64,000 bases of DNA from an uncultured Thermococci archaeon (GTDB taxonomy: Archaea > Methanobacteriota_B > Thermococci > Methanofastidiosales > B48-G16). Location: contig CAZQQT010000008.1 of the NCBI GenBank assembly GCA_964595645.1, forward strand, positions 58,854 to 122,853, given 5' to 3'. This document shows positions 48,983-58,869 of this stretch, piece after piece. Position numbers and translations under genes: made by a program. Each line of letters opens with the position of its first letter. The stretch's first letter is position 1. A model generated the notes under the pieces. That model did not search any database, had not been told where the DNA came from, and worked only from the letters and a program-made list of their open reading frames with translations.

Positions 48983-50030
48983 TGTTTTCATTGTTGGTGC
49001 GGGTCCTGTGGGCTGTTACTTTGTGCGGAAAATTAAAGAGATGAATTACAAGCTCGTGGAGGAACACGGAGAGGTAGGGAAGCCGGTACAGTGTGCTGGA
49101 CTCGTGGGAGAAAAGATCTTCAACTACGTGGAGAAAGACTATCTTAATGTTATTAATGGTGCGTATATTCACTATCACGACGATGTGTTTTCTCTGCGGA
49201 AGCATCGGGTTGCGTATGTACTCGATAGAGCGCAGTTCGATAAACAACTGAGTGAAGGTCTGGATATCTCGTTCAAAGAACGATTTCTCTCTGCACGAAG
49301 AAAGGGGGATACTATAGAAATCAAGACAACAAAAGGTGTGTACTACGCGAAGTATCTTGTGGGGTGCGATGGCGCCTCGTCGCGGGTACGGCCCTACGTG
49401 TCACAGGAGCGTCCACGATATTTGAAATCCTTTCAGTACACGATAGATCATGACCATGATGAACATATGGTCTCTTTTTTTCTCTCTCCGTTTTCATGGG
49501 TCATTCCAGAAACAGAGGGGCGATGTAGAGTGGGTGTTCTTTCTGATTATCCTGCCAGAGATCTTCCTCCGTTCGACGGCAGGGCAAGGAAAAAAACAGG
49601 GGGATTGATTCCCGTGGGATATATGCATACCTACCATGAGAATGTCTTTCTACTCGGCGATGCAGCCTGTCAGACGAAGCCGTTAACAGGAGGGGGTCTA
49701 TATTATGGGATACAGGCAGCAGATATTGCCGGCAATCTATTTTTGGAAGGGAAAATCGCACGGTACGATAACGCATGGAAACAGGAGTTTGGGAGACAGA
49801 TACAGTTTGGGATTCTCGGGAGAATGATCTATGAGGATATTACTGAAAGAGATATGAATACCTTCTATACATTTCTCCAAAAAAAGAAGGAGATGATAGA
49901 ATCCTCTTGCGAGTTCGATAGACACTCCACCCTCTTGAAAGTGCTTTTTTCGTCTCCTGAAATATGGTTTCTTTTCATGAAGTATCTTGCGAAGGAAAGA
50001 AGGGAACTACTACGTTTTTTCCTACTGTGA
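48975..50030 (+). CDS. Geranylgeranyl reductase family flavoprotein
   Basis: GAGPVG, PVQCAG, DRAQFD, GDAACQTKPLTGGG. Confidence 0.88.
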   Translation: MYDVFIVGAGPVGCYFVRKIKEMNYKLVEEHGEVGKPVQCAGLVGEKIFNYVEKDYLNVINGAYIHYHDDVFSLRKHRVAYVLDRAQFDKQLSEGLDISFKERFLSARRKGDTIEIKTTKGVYYAKYLVGCDGASSRVRPYVSQERPRYLKSFQYTIDHDHDEHMVSFFLSPFSWVIPETEGRCRVGVLSDYPARDLPPFDGRARKKTGGLIPVGYMHTYHENVFLLGDAACQTKPLTGGGLYYGIQAADIAGNLFLEGKIARYDNAWKQEFGRQIQFGILGRMIYEDITERDMNTFYTFLQKKKEMIESSCEFDRHSTLLKVLFSSPEIWFLFMKYLAKERRELLRFFLL

Positions 50031-50046
50031 GCATACATACAAGTAG

Positions 50047-52137
50047 TCATTCAACGTTGAACATTTTTCTCTGCGCAAACTCTTCTTGTTTCCCTCTGTT
50101 CCACTGGTTCACCGGACGGAGGTATCCTACTACTCTGGAGTATACCTCTGTGCTTTTGCCGCATCTGGGACAGTGCTGGTGCTCTCCTGTTAGATATCCG
50201 TGTGTGGGACAGACACTGAATGTTGGAGTGATGGTGAAGTAGGGTAGATGGTAGTTCTCACAGATCCTCCGTACAAGTTTTTTTACTGTCTCTGGATTCT
50301 TCACTTGCTCACCAACAAAAAAGTGAATGACTGTCCCCCCAGTATACTTCGTCTGGACCTCATCCTGCAGATCGAGTGTCTCGAACACATCACCAGTATA
50401 GTTCACGGGGAGCTGTGTGGAGTTGGTGTAGAATGGGGCAGCATCCTTTTCTTTCACTTCGTGCTCGTTGGCCACGCGTATCTCAGGGTACTTCTTTTTA
50501 TCAATTCTTGCCAGTCTATACGAGCTTCCTTCAGCTGGTGTTGCCTCGAGATTGTAAATATTTCCCGTGTCCTCCTGAAAATCTGCCAGCCGATCGCGGA
50601 TGTAGTTTAGTACCTTCAGCGTGAAGGTTCTCCCCTCCTCTGTGCCGATATCCGTCTCCATTAAGTTGAGGAGGCACTCGTTCATTCCGAGAATCCCGAT
50701 GGTCGAAAAGTGGTTTTTCCAGTACGATCCAAACTCTTTCTTGACACTGCCCAGGTACACGGAGGAGTAGGGATAGAGGCCCCTTTCTGTAAAGTTCTCG
50801 ATGGCCATCCTCTTTACTTCCAGTGAGTTTTTCGCGAGAACTATGAGTTCCTCCAATCGCTCGAAAAACTCGTTTTCGTCCTTGGATAAGTATCCCAATC
50901 TAGGCATGTTGAGCGTGACGACGCCAATACTTCCTGTGAGCGGATTTGCACCAAACAACGCGCCTCCTCGCTTTTTTAACTCTCGTTTGTCCAGCCGCAA
51001 CCGACAGCACATACTTCGCACATCATCAGGACTCATATCAGCGCTGACAAAGTTGGAGAAGTACGGAATACCGTACCTTGCAGTCATCTCCCAGAGGACA
51101 TCGTACTGCTCGTTATCCCAATCAAAGTCCTTTGTAATGTTGATGGTGGGGATGGGGAAGGTGAAGGGTCTTCCCCTTCCGTCTCCCTCTACCATTATCT
51201 CTCCAAAGGCGCGGATGAACATCTCCATTTCCTTCTGGAACTCTCCATACGTTTTTTCTTGAGGATTGCCGCCGATAATTGTAGCTTCCTTTTCCATGAA
51301 TGCGGACACGGTGAGATCGAGGGTGAAGTTGGCGAAAGGGGTCTGGAACCCCACACGCGTGGGAACATTGAGGTTAAAGATGAACTCCTGCATCGCCTGT
51401 TTGACCTCGCGATATGTGAGCTCATCGTGACGAATAAACGGGGCAAGGTAGGTGTCTACGTTGCTGAAAGCCTGCGCACCAGCTGTTTCTCCTTGAAGCG
51501 TGTATATGAAGTTCACCATCTGACCTACGGCGGATCGAAAGTGGTTCGCTGGTTTAGATTCAATTTTTCCGGCAACACCTTCGATCCCCCTCTGGAGTAG
51601 ATCCTGGAGATCCCATCCCACGCAGTACGCGCCGAGAATCCCGAGATCGTGGATATGGATGTCTCCTGAAGTATGGACGTTCCGTATCTCTGCAGGGTAG
51701 ATCTGGTGCAGCCAGTAGTGAGAGACGACCTTTGAGGAAAGGTAGTAGTTGAGTCCTTGGAGCGAGTAGGTCATATTACTATTTTCCTTAACTCTCCAAT
51801 CTTCTTGATTGAGATACTGTTCTATTGTTGAGATGTCCTCGAGGACACCTTTCATCTCCCGGAGCTTTTTGTGCTGCTCTCTGTAGAGGATGTACGCTTT
51901 TGCCGTTCGGTAAAATCCTTGTTCCATTAATGTCTGTTCTACAAGGTCCTGTATCTCTTCTACGGCTGGGATTTTTTTTGATTTCTCTATTCCTTCCACT
52001 ACTATCGTAGAGATTTCCTCAGCATCTTCTTTTCGTCCCTCTCCCGTCGCGGTGAACGCTTTAAAGACGGCGTTAGTGATTTTCTCTCTCTCAAATTCTA
52101 CAATTCTGCCGTCTCGCTTCCTGATTTTTTCTACCAT
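50047..52137 (-). CDS. nrdD: Anaerobic (class III) ribonucleoside-triphosphate reductase with ATP cone
   Basis: KRDG ATP cone, SMCCRL, TPAEG, YTGGT, Zn site, glycyl-radical RVVGYL. Confidence 0.96.
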   Translation of the reverse strand: MVEKIRKRDGRIVEFEREKITNAVFKAFTATGEGRKEDAEEISTIVVEGIEKSKKIPAVEEIQDLVEQTLMEQGFYRTAKAYILYREQHKKLREMKGVLEDISTIEQYLNQEDWRVKENSNMTYSLQGLNYYLSSKVVSHYWLHQIYPAEIRNVHTSGDIHIHDLGILGAYCVGWDLQDLLQRGIEGVAGKIESKPANHFRSAVGQMVNFIYTLQGETAGAQAFSNVDTYLAPFIRHDELTYREVKQAMQEFIFNLNVPTRVGFQTPFANFTLDLTVSAFMEKEATIIGGNPQEKTYGEFQKEMEMFIRAFGEIMVEGDGRGRPFTFPIPTINITKDFDWDNEQYDVLWEMTARYGIPYFSNFVSADMSPDDVRSMCCRLRLDKRELKKRGGALFGANPLTGSIGVVTLNMPRLGYLSKDENEFFERLEELIVLAKNSLEVKRMAIENFTERGLYPYSSVYLGSVKKEFGSYWKNHFSTIGILGMNECLLNLMETDIGTEEGRTFTLKVLNYIRDRLADFQEDTGNIYNLEATPAEGSSYRLARIDKKKYPEIRVANEHEVKEKDAAPFYTNSTQLPVNYTGDVFETLDLQDEVQTKYTGGTVIHFFVGEQVKNPETVKKLVRRICENYHLPYFTITPTFSVCPTHGYLTGEHQHCPRCGKSTEVYSRVVGYLRPVNQWNRGKQEEFAQRKMFNVE

Positions 52138-52231
52138 TGTTCTCTAGTAGTATATATGCGTTGTATTATTAAAAATTTTCTCGTATTGTACCATAGAAAC
52201 ACTTATAACGATCTCCTCTATACAATAGTGA

Positions 52232-52304
52232 GGGCCCGTAGCCTAGTGGATAGGGCAACAGCCTCCTAAGCTGTAGGTCGCGGGTTCGAATCCCGCCGGG
52301 TCCG
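52232..52304 (+). tRNA. tRNA-Arg(CCT)
   Basis: GGGCCCG/CGGGTCC acceptor, ACAGC-CTCCTAA-GCTGT, TTCGAAT T-loop. Confidence 0.96.
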
Positions 52305-52341
52305 CTTCCTCAGTTTCTTCCGTCCGTTCAAGGGTAACGTT

Positions 52342-53796
52342 TTATTCCACACGGACTGTAAGATCGTAGGTATCGTGGACAAAGTTCCCTTCGACCCTCA
52401 CGGCGAACGTGTACTCTCTCGGGTCGACAGAATCACCAATTTGCAGCTGGATGGTAAAGATCTCAGAAGAGAATCGTGCAATAGTCACATTTTCGGGTGA
52501 GATCTTGACTTCTATACCTTCAGGGGTGTCCACCCGAAGACTGGCAGCATGGGCATCCAGTATCCCCGTGTTCATTACGTCTATTTCCAAGGTATGTGTT
52601 CCTTTTTCAAGTGTGAGTCTCCCCACTTCCTTTCCATCCTGCACGGCGAAGGTTCCACCAGAGTCTATGTTCATGATTTCCACTCCAAAAAGTTTCTCCG
52701 GTGCGAAAATAAAGTGTGGTGTCTCCGTGTCAGTCTCATCTTCTGGAGAGGATCCGGTCATATAGCCAATTGAGTACTTCCCTTCTCCCTTGCCAGCGAA
52801 CCACATCTTGTATGAATTCTCCTCGCTAATCACCATGGGACAGTATGTCCGTGTGTGTCGCCACGATACACCGTCATCTTTATGGAGGAGAGGATTCTCA
52901 TCGTCTCGTGTCCAGTGTATGCCATCGGAAGAGGTAGCGTATCCAATACCATTATTCATGGCGCCTACACCACCGGAGTACCACATCTCAAAATCATTAT
53001 CAGCGTTCCTTATGATTGTAGCTCTGCTCACGAAGTCATACTCCCAATCACCTGGATCGTATGTTCCACTCAGAACGGGATCAGCATTTCCGTCACCATC
53101 GCCGTCATAGCCGTTCCATACAACTCCATCACTCGAATAACCGAGCCCGATGCTCTCTACACCGCCTGTTGTTCCGTCATAGTACATTACAAATGTGTAA
53201 TCAAAAGGATCATCTCCTGTGTTGAGGGCATCCGGATTGTACAAAATGTCACAGGGACCGTATGATCCTCTATTCCAGTCCGGCCATGTACCAGTAACGA
53301 TGGGGACGGTACCATTCTGAAGCGGTTGAATATTGTGCCATGTTGCTCCCTCTGGAGATTCGGCATATCCTATGGCCGACACATCATAGATCGTCGAATA
53401 ATCCCAGTACCACATTCTGTAATACATCGTTCCATTACTGGGACTGCTCCCATTGTTTGCACCAGTAAATCCAGCGGGGTAGTACTCGACGGTAGCATGG
53501 TACCCATCGGTCATTACTACCCCTTGATCTGTCCATGTAATTCCGTCATCAGAAGTAGCGAGCGCAGTCTGTCCCCCCGATGTGCCATACCACATTTTGT
53601 ACTGTGCAGCAGTACCATGACCCGAGAATTCATTCGAATCGTAAATTACACTGGGATAATACGCCTTTGGACCGTCTAACCATTCCCCAAACACGGGATT
53701 GTCCCCATACTCCTCCCATATGACCTCCTTAGAGAACGCCAAAGGAAGAAAAAGGAGGATACTCATCGCAACTGCCATGATTTTTAAGTGATCCAT
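52342..53796 (-). CDS. Secreted beta-propeller glycosidase-like protein (GH32/GH43/GH130-like) with C-terminal Ig-like domain
   Basis: Signal peptide; repeated YKMWY / IGYAxSxDGxxW blades; beta-rich C-terminus. Confidence 0.7.
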   Translation of the reverse strand: MDHLKIMAVAMSILLFLPLAFSKEVIWEEYGDNPVFGEWLDGPKAYYPSVIYDSNEFSGHGTAAQYKMWYGTSGGQTALATSDDGITWTDQGVVMTDGYHATVEYYPAGFTGANNGSSPSNGTMYYRMWYWDYSTIYDVSAIGYAESPEGATWHNIQPLQNGTVPIVTGTWPDWNRGSYGPCDILYNPDALNTGDDPFDYTFVMYYDGTTGGVESIGLGYSSDGVVWNGYDGDGDGNADPVLSGTYDPGDWEYDFVSRATIIRNADNDFEMWYSGGVGAMNNGIGYATSSDGIHWTRDDENPLLHKDDGVSWRHTRTYCPMVISEENSYKMWFAGKGEGKYSIGYMTGSSPEDETDTETPHFIFAPEKLFGVEIMNIDSGGTFAVQDGKEVGRLTLEKGTHTLEIDVMNTGILDAHAASLRVDTPEGIEVKISPENVTIARFSSEIFTIQLQIGDSVDPREYTFAVRVEGNFVHDTYDLTVRVE

Positions 53797-54099
53797 GGTC
53801 TGTGTTAGTGATAGCTTTTAAAAAGGTTTCCAGCCCTCATTTTATTTCTTATTATATATTAATTAAAAGATTATAAAGAAGTTTATCTCAGTAGTAGTGA
53901 TAAACGTGTTAGAGATGACAACAAGAAGAATTGAAAAGGCCGAAGAGATGAAACGGAAAGTTGAGTACTACATATTATGAGATGAGAAAAATGGAAGGAA
54001 TTGAATGGGTATATATCATGGAATGTGAGATGAGACAGAGGAAAAAACGGTAATCTTCTTTTCTTTTTTTATAAATTCACTTTTTAAAGCATTCAAGCA

Positions 54100-54876
54100 T
54101 TACAGAGCGGTAATAATGAGAATAATTGCGTTGATAGTAAGACCCCCGAGGACTATCCAACTGAAGATTTTTTGTGGGAGATAATTGAAGATTTTAATCC
54201 CTACCCATGCCCCTATGAGGAGAGCTGGCAGTGCGATCATCGCCTCTGTAGCAAGTGATACCGTGACATCAGCTGTTACTATGAGTGCCATAAGTCGGTA
54301 AGTCATTAATGTACCAAAAAAGGCGGTGAGGATAGCCTTCATTTTTTCTGCGTGCCATAGACCAAGTGATATCATTACGGCACCATAGAGGATCATCGAG
54401 GGTCCCGGTATTGCCACTGCACCTCCGAGAATGCCCGCAATGAATCCCGCAAGGAATCCACTTTTCCAGTCGGGTCTCACATTCTTTTGTTCAAGCCATT
54501 GATCCACTGTTGATGACTGTTTCACCACGATAATGAAAATCACAGAGAGAATCAGCACTACTCCTATTACCAATCGCATAAGTGCATCGTCAAGACCTTT
54601 AAACACGTAGATTCCCAGTGGAAGGCCAAACACGAGTCCGCCTACAGGGAATCCCCAGTCTTTCCACGAAAAATTATCACGTACGCTCCAGAAGACTCTC
54701 GCATTGCTCACGATGGCAGTAATAGTAAATACGACTGAAGCCGAACTCGGTTGTCGAAATAGAGGTAGTAGTCCCATGGCCACCTGTGCGTACCCAAATC
54801 CGGCGATAGCGTGGATAACTGTAGCAGTAAAGATGACGAACGATGTCAGTGTAGTGAGAACCCATTCTATTGCCAT
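54100..54876 (-). CDS. TauE/SafE family (sulfite exporter-like) membrane protein
   Basis: IAGFGYA, GLPLG, AGILGGAVAIPGP. Confidence 0.85.
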   Translation of the reverse strand: MAIEWVLTTLTSFVIFTATVIHAIAGFGYAQVAMGLLPLFRQPSSASVVFTITAIVSNARVFWSVRDNFSWKDWGFPVGGLVFGLPLGIYVFKGLDDALMRLVIGVVLILSVIFIIVVKQSSTVDQWLEQKNVRPDWKSGFLAGFIAGILGGAVAIPGPSMILYGAVMISLGLWHAEKMKAILTAFFGTLMTYRLMALIVTADVTVSLATEAMIALPALLIGAWVGIKIFNYLPQKIFSWIVLGGLTINAIILIITAL

Positions 54877-54941
54877 ACTTATGATAATAAAGGAGATATT
54901 TTATATTTTTCTGTTCTAGAAAATTAAGAAAGATAACACAT

Positions 54942-56459
54942 CTACTTGAGTGTATCTAACACTTTCTTCAGCGGCACGAACTCTCGCTGCCCGTTCACCT
55001 CGTTGATGCCTCCTATATCCTCTCCATATGTTCTATGTGCGTATTCAAAAAGGTCGATAATGACAGACGGTGAGAGCGTTCCCTCCGATTCAAAGGTACC
55101 ATTCCACCACGCAAAATACAGTCCTTCCTCCTTATACCCCACATACTCGATTAACTTGAAACGGTCGCGGTAGATTAATGCGTGGTTTTCGGCTATCTGC
55201 GCGTTGCTGACGAGGAAATCGCAATCTTTTACATAGAGCCAGAAGTGACCGGAGGTATTCGCATCCTTTCCGCTGATCACGTAGTTTTCGATACCGATAA
55301 AGTCCAGTGCTACCGAAAGAGGATAGGACTTGGGGCCGCAGGCTGCTACCTGTGCGTAGTACGAAGAATCCGCGGTATTCTCCGTTTCGTCCCCAGGGGT
55401 AGGGAGATAGTTGTGCGTTGTGATGTGTGAGAGAAACTCTTGCCCCATGGTGGATATTCTTTTCGCACAGGAAGAGTGGGGTTGTACTGTGGCAAGATAG
55501 GCAGGTATTGGGCTGAGGTAGTTGGCGAGTTTGATCACCAGTGCATTGTGGATAATCCAAGAGGGGCACCTGATTGCCGGCGGATCACGGTGCCAGGAAC
55601 ACTCCGTGAGCTGTAATGCCATGGCGAGATCTATCTCTCCCGTGATCTTTTTCACATCATCAATTATTTCTCTTTCGAATTTTGATAATGTCGGTATTTT
55701 TTTATCTGTAGCGAATGTCTTCACAATATTTTTCAGCCGAGGAGAGGCAATGGTATCGTCTCTCTTCATAAGCGGGTACCACACGTGTGTTTCATTGAGT
55801 ATCAGCACGGGATTTCCCTCAATGGCCTTCACAAGGCTGAGCGTCTTCATTGATACTACGTTCTTTTCATCGTACACGTAGGAATTCTCGTTATTGCAGT
55901 AAATAATGAAAAGATCCTGTGCCTTTTTTCCTTCCAGTCGCTTCATCACGTAGTATGCCGATGCCATATCTATCTGCGTCATTCTCTCTGAAGGAGAATG
56001 GAGTGTGAGAAAGAGTGGGAAATTTCTTCTGTCCACAAAGGAGAATACTGGATACTCATGAGGGTATATCTCTTTCCATGAGACGATTCGGTGCGTTCGT
56101 AGCATGCTTTCCGTGAGATGGAGTGGATAACTTTGTCCCTTGATCAGATCAGCCTGTAAATATACCTCTGGATGTGTTACGGCTAGCGTTCGGCTGGTGT
56201 AAAAGGCGTATTTAGCGTAGAAATCCGTTGATGCTCGCTTTAACATCTCTTTCCATCCATCTTCATGCAACTCAACTGCGGTGTTTTTCGATGGAACTGT
56301 TGATTGTGGCGGAGCCGTTGAGTGCGGTTTTGTGGAAGGCGCTGTAGTCGATGGCGCGGTCGATGCAGGTGTGGTAGGAGGGCGTTCAGTTGTCTGCGGC
56401 GTACTGGAGATACATAACGAGACGATCACAAGTAGCACTAGCAAGCTCCAGAGCCTCAT
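54942..56459 (-). CDS. Secreted/lipoprotein with Pro-Ser-Thr linker and transglutaminase-like C-terminal motif
   Basis: MRLWSLLVLLVIVSLC signal; AACGPKSYPLSVALDFIGI...GHFWLYV Cys/His pattern; ATG 56459 chosen from TATA spacing (track start 56483). Confidence 0.55.
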   Translation of the reverse strand: MRLWSLLVLLVIVSLCISSTPQTTERPPTTPASTAPSTTAPSTKPHSTAPPQSTVPSKNTAVELHEDGWKEMLKRASTDFYAKYAFYTSRTLAVTHPEVYLQADLIKGQSYPLHLTESMLRTHRIVSWKEIYPHEYPVFSFVDRRNFPLFLTLHSPSERMTQIDMASAYYVMKRLEGKKAQDLFIIYCNNENSYVYDEKNVVSMKTLSLVKAIEGNPVLILNETHVWYPLMKRDDTIASPRLKNIVKTFATDKKIPTLSKFEREIIDDVKKITGEIDLAMALQLTECSWHRDPPAIRCPSWIIHNALVIKLANYLSPIPAYLATVQPHSSCAKRISTMGQEFLSHITTHNYLPTPGDETENTADSSYYAQVAACGPKSYPLSVALDFIGIENYVISGKDANTSGHFWLYVKDCDFLVSNAQIAENHALIYRDRFKLIEYVGYKEEGLYFAWWNGTFESEGTLSPSVIIDLFEYAHRTYGEDIGGINEVNGQREFVPLKKVLDTLK

Positions 56460-56511
56460 GACCATGCTCTCCATGAGAGACATAAAAACATTTGCGTGAG
56501 TGAGCCATAAC
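56414..56511. repeat. 98-bp perfect direct repeat, copy 1
   Basis: Identical to 57370-57467. Confidence 0.95.
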
Positions 56512-56656
56512 GTCTATATGGCTAAAGTACAGTTTTCCCCAGACAATGCTTTAACCGTTGCCACATGTAAGCATTATAGCATAAGAAATATGACTGTTTT
56601 TAAAAGATTTTGAGAGAGATTGATTGTATAAGCAGGTAACCAGATGATAGGAGATA

Positions 56657-57076
56657 TCACCTAACTCCAAATTGCTTGATCATTTCACTCGTTGTTATAA
56701 TCTTCACTTTTTCTTGGTTTCTAAAATCCTTATCCTCAGTCCAGATAACACCCTGGTTCAGTGATAGCGCCAGAGCAAGGAATGGAACATCATCCGGATC
56801 TATATTTCCAATTAACTTTTTTGCTTGGAGAAGTTTGTGTTCGAACGTGGATTTTGGGACAATCTGAATATTTTCTAGTAGTAAATTCAATAATATCTTA
56901 ACATCTCTCCTCTTTAACCCACTTTTCTCAGAAATATCTTCAATGTATTTCCGAAGCTCTTTAAAGAAAAATTCCGGAACGTAAAACTCCACGTCTTCTC
57001 TCAGCAGAATTTGCCTCGTCTTTCCTTTAGCCACCAAGGCAGAAAAGAGAATATTAGTATCTACTACAATTTTCAT
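56657..57076 (-). CDS. vapC: PIN-domain toxin (VapC family)
   Basis: VVDTNILFSAL, DPDDVPFLALAL, IWTEDKDF. Confidence 0.9.
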   Translation of the reverse strand: MKIVVDTNILFSALVAKGKTRQILLREDVEFYVPEFFFKELRKYIEDISEKSGLKRRDVKILLNLLLENIQIVPKSTFEHKLLQAKKLIGNIDPDDVPFLALALSLNQGVIWTEDKDFRNQEKVKIITTSEMIKQFGVR

Positions 57077-57291
57077 CTATAATGCCCAGCGATATCATGT
57101 TTGAGTTTCTTGCTCAGTTTATCGGAATCTTTTTTTTTCAATTTACTTTCACTGGCTATCTCTTCCACAACTTCTAGTCTTCTTACAAATTTCCACATAC
57201 TCTGTCTAGCAACAGCCCCCCAGTCTATCTCCTTATGCTTATCTATCTCTTCTTTCAGATCCTCTGTTATTTTCACCGTTATCTCAGTCAT
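57073..57291 (-). CDS. Putative RHH-type antitoxin (VapB)
   Basis: MTEITVKITEDLKEEIDKHKEIDWGAVAR; 4-bp overlap with the PIN gene. Confidence 0.8.
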   Translation of the reverse strand: MTEITVKITEDLKEEIDKHKEIDWGAVARQSMWKFVRRLEVVEEIASESKLKKKDSDKLSKKLKHDIAGHYR

Positions 57292-57369
57292 TGCTTTCAC
57301 CTATTCTACCTACCCTAGACACGTATAAATAATTATGTTTCTCTACCACAGGTTAGGGAATTATCTATA

Positions 57370-57467
57370 ATAACGAGACGATCACAAGTAGCACTAGCAA
57401 GCTCCAGAGCCTCATGACCATGCTCTCCATGAGAGACATAAAAACATTTGCGTGAGTGAGCCATAAC
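57370..57467. repeat. 98-bp perfect direct repeat, copy 2 (promoter plus dead-end signal-peptide stub)
   Basis: Identical to 56414-56511; the frame stops (TAG) immediately after ...VIVSLL. Confidence 0.95.
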
Positions 57468-57767
57468 TTTTGCATATTCTTTTTTAAAGAAAAGGGGTAC
57501 GAAAACATAATTAAATAGTATTTCCATAGTTTAAACACGGCTAAGATTCCTTTAGAGGTCATGATTAAAAAATAAGAGTAGATTGAAGAAGGTATAGAAA
57601 GTACAAGATACAGGATTGCTCGAGTAAAAAACATCAAAAGAGGCCTGACGCTAACGAGATCAAGACATGGAGAGAAATACGATGATTTTCGATGGCTCAG
57701 CATTGAAGGTGATTTACGCTGGAGAAGAAGAGAAAATAAAACTTTGCGAAAGGCGGATCTCGAGACT

Positions 57768-58865
57768 CTATTTCTTCCCCACACCGAACTCCTTCAACCG
57801 TTTCAGCGCCTTCTTTTTCTTCTCGCTTTCTGCACTGTCAAGCACATCCTGGAGGAACTTTGTGGACTCTTCCATCGCTTTTTTATTTACAGGATACGGT
57901 ACGCCGTCCTTCCCCCCATACGCAAAACTGTACTTCACCGGATCCTTCCACGATGGCTCCTCACCGTAGAGAAGATCCGAGACCATGGTGAGCCCCCGGA
58001 GCGTTGCACCACCGATGCCTTTGATGGAGAGGAGCTCCTCGAAGTTTGTGGGATCGTGTTCGTATGCCCGTTTCAGTCCGGGCCAGTTTACCCGTTTTGG
58101 GAGCGTGTATGTCGGATCGGGATTGTACCGCTCCCATTTCTCATCCATCCACCCATCCAGCGTTTTTTGATCTTTCGGCACTGAAAGTCGCTGTAGTTCT
58201 GCCTTGATTTTTCGTATATCCATCTTTACAAGATCGACATTTGTTTTTCTCACATCCTCACTCTCAGTGTCCACGAGGTTGAGCACATTGGGTTCCTGCA
58301 CGCCAGAGATACTGTCTTCGGGATCATTCACGAAGTTCGAGGTCGTGTACCACTGGTACCGCCGGGCGTATCCTCTCTTTGGATTCATCCCCTGTTGCAC
58401 GACACACCATCCCCCCTCTTCGTCGAAAAATATGGTGTGCTGGTAAATTGAGTAGAAGTCCTGGATACAGGAGGAGTCGACCTTCGCGGTCATTCTGCTC
58501 GCGTACCTGAGCGATTCCATTCTGTCATCTGACAGCCCGAAGTAATCGGCTTTTTCTTGGATTTCCTGCAACGTTGCTCTTCCTCTTCCCTTCCCGCCGG
58601 CGGCTTGGAGGCCGAGTTCGGGGGAGAGCACATTGTTGAGCACGCCACAGACCACTGTCGTCGTCCCGGAGGAGTGCCAATCAAACCCCAGCACGCACGA
58701 GAGTGCCTGGAACCAGTAGGGATCCGCGATTCTTCGTAAGCACTCTTCAGTGCCAAAGTCGTCGATCATCACCCGAAATATCTCCCTAGCTAGCCCCTTC
58801 ATCCTTTTAATAAGCCAGTAAGGGGCTTTTCCACCGTGAAGCGGAAGATCGACCTGTGTTCTCAT
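57768..58865 (-). CDS. DUF763 family protein
   Basis: LPLHGGKAP, DWHSSGTTT, AKVD, VQQGM, FAYGGKDGVPYPV. Confidence 0.92.
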   Translation of the reverse strand: MRTQVDLPLHGGKAPYWLIKRMKGLAREIFRVMIDDFGTEECLRRIADPYWFQALSCVLGFDWHSSGTTTVVCGVLNNVLSPELGLQAAGGKGRGRATLQEIQEKADYFGLSDDRMESLRYASRMTAKVDSSCIQDFYSIYQHTIFFDEEGGWCVVQQGMNPKRGYARRYQWYTTSNFVNDPEDSISGVQEPNVLNLVDTESEDVRKTNVDLVKMDIRKIKAELQRLSVPKDQKTLDGWMDEKWERYNPDPTYTLPKRVNWPGLKRAYEHDPTNFEELLSIKGIGGATLRGLTMVSDLLYGEEPSWKDPVKYSFAYGGKDGVPYPVNKKAMEESTKFLQDVLDSAESEKKKKALKRLKEFGVGKK

Positions 58866-58869
58866 GATA

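Noticed and set aside
10668-52137. Inteins or introns in typical host genes (rtcB, lon, nrdD) and in the tRNAs
   Set aside because: Protein lengths are normal, no intein-like insertions or termini were seen, and the three tRNAs fold without inserts.
52232-57767. Intact integrative element or provirus at tRNA-Arg
   Set aside because: No integrase, viral or replication genes and no repeat of the tRNA 3' end were seen.
57333-58184. Track ORFs 57333-57527, 57365-57784, 57667-57969 and 57744-58184
   Set aside because: No recognisable motifs; they overlap the repeat or lie antisense to DUF763 and are likely spurious or remnants.
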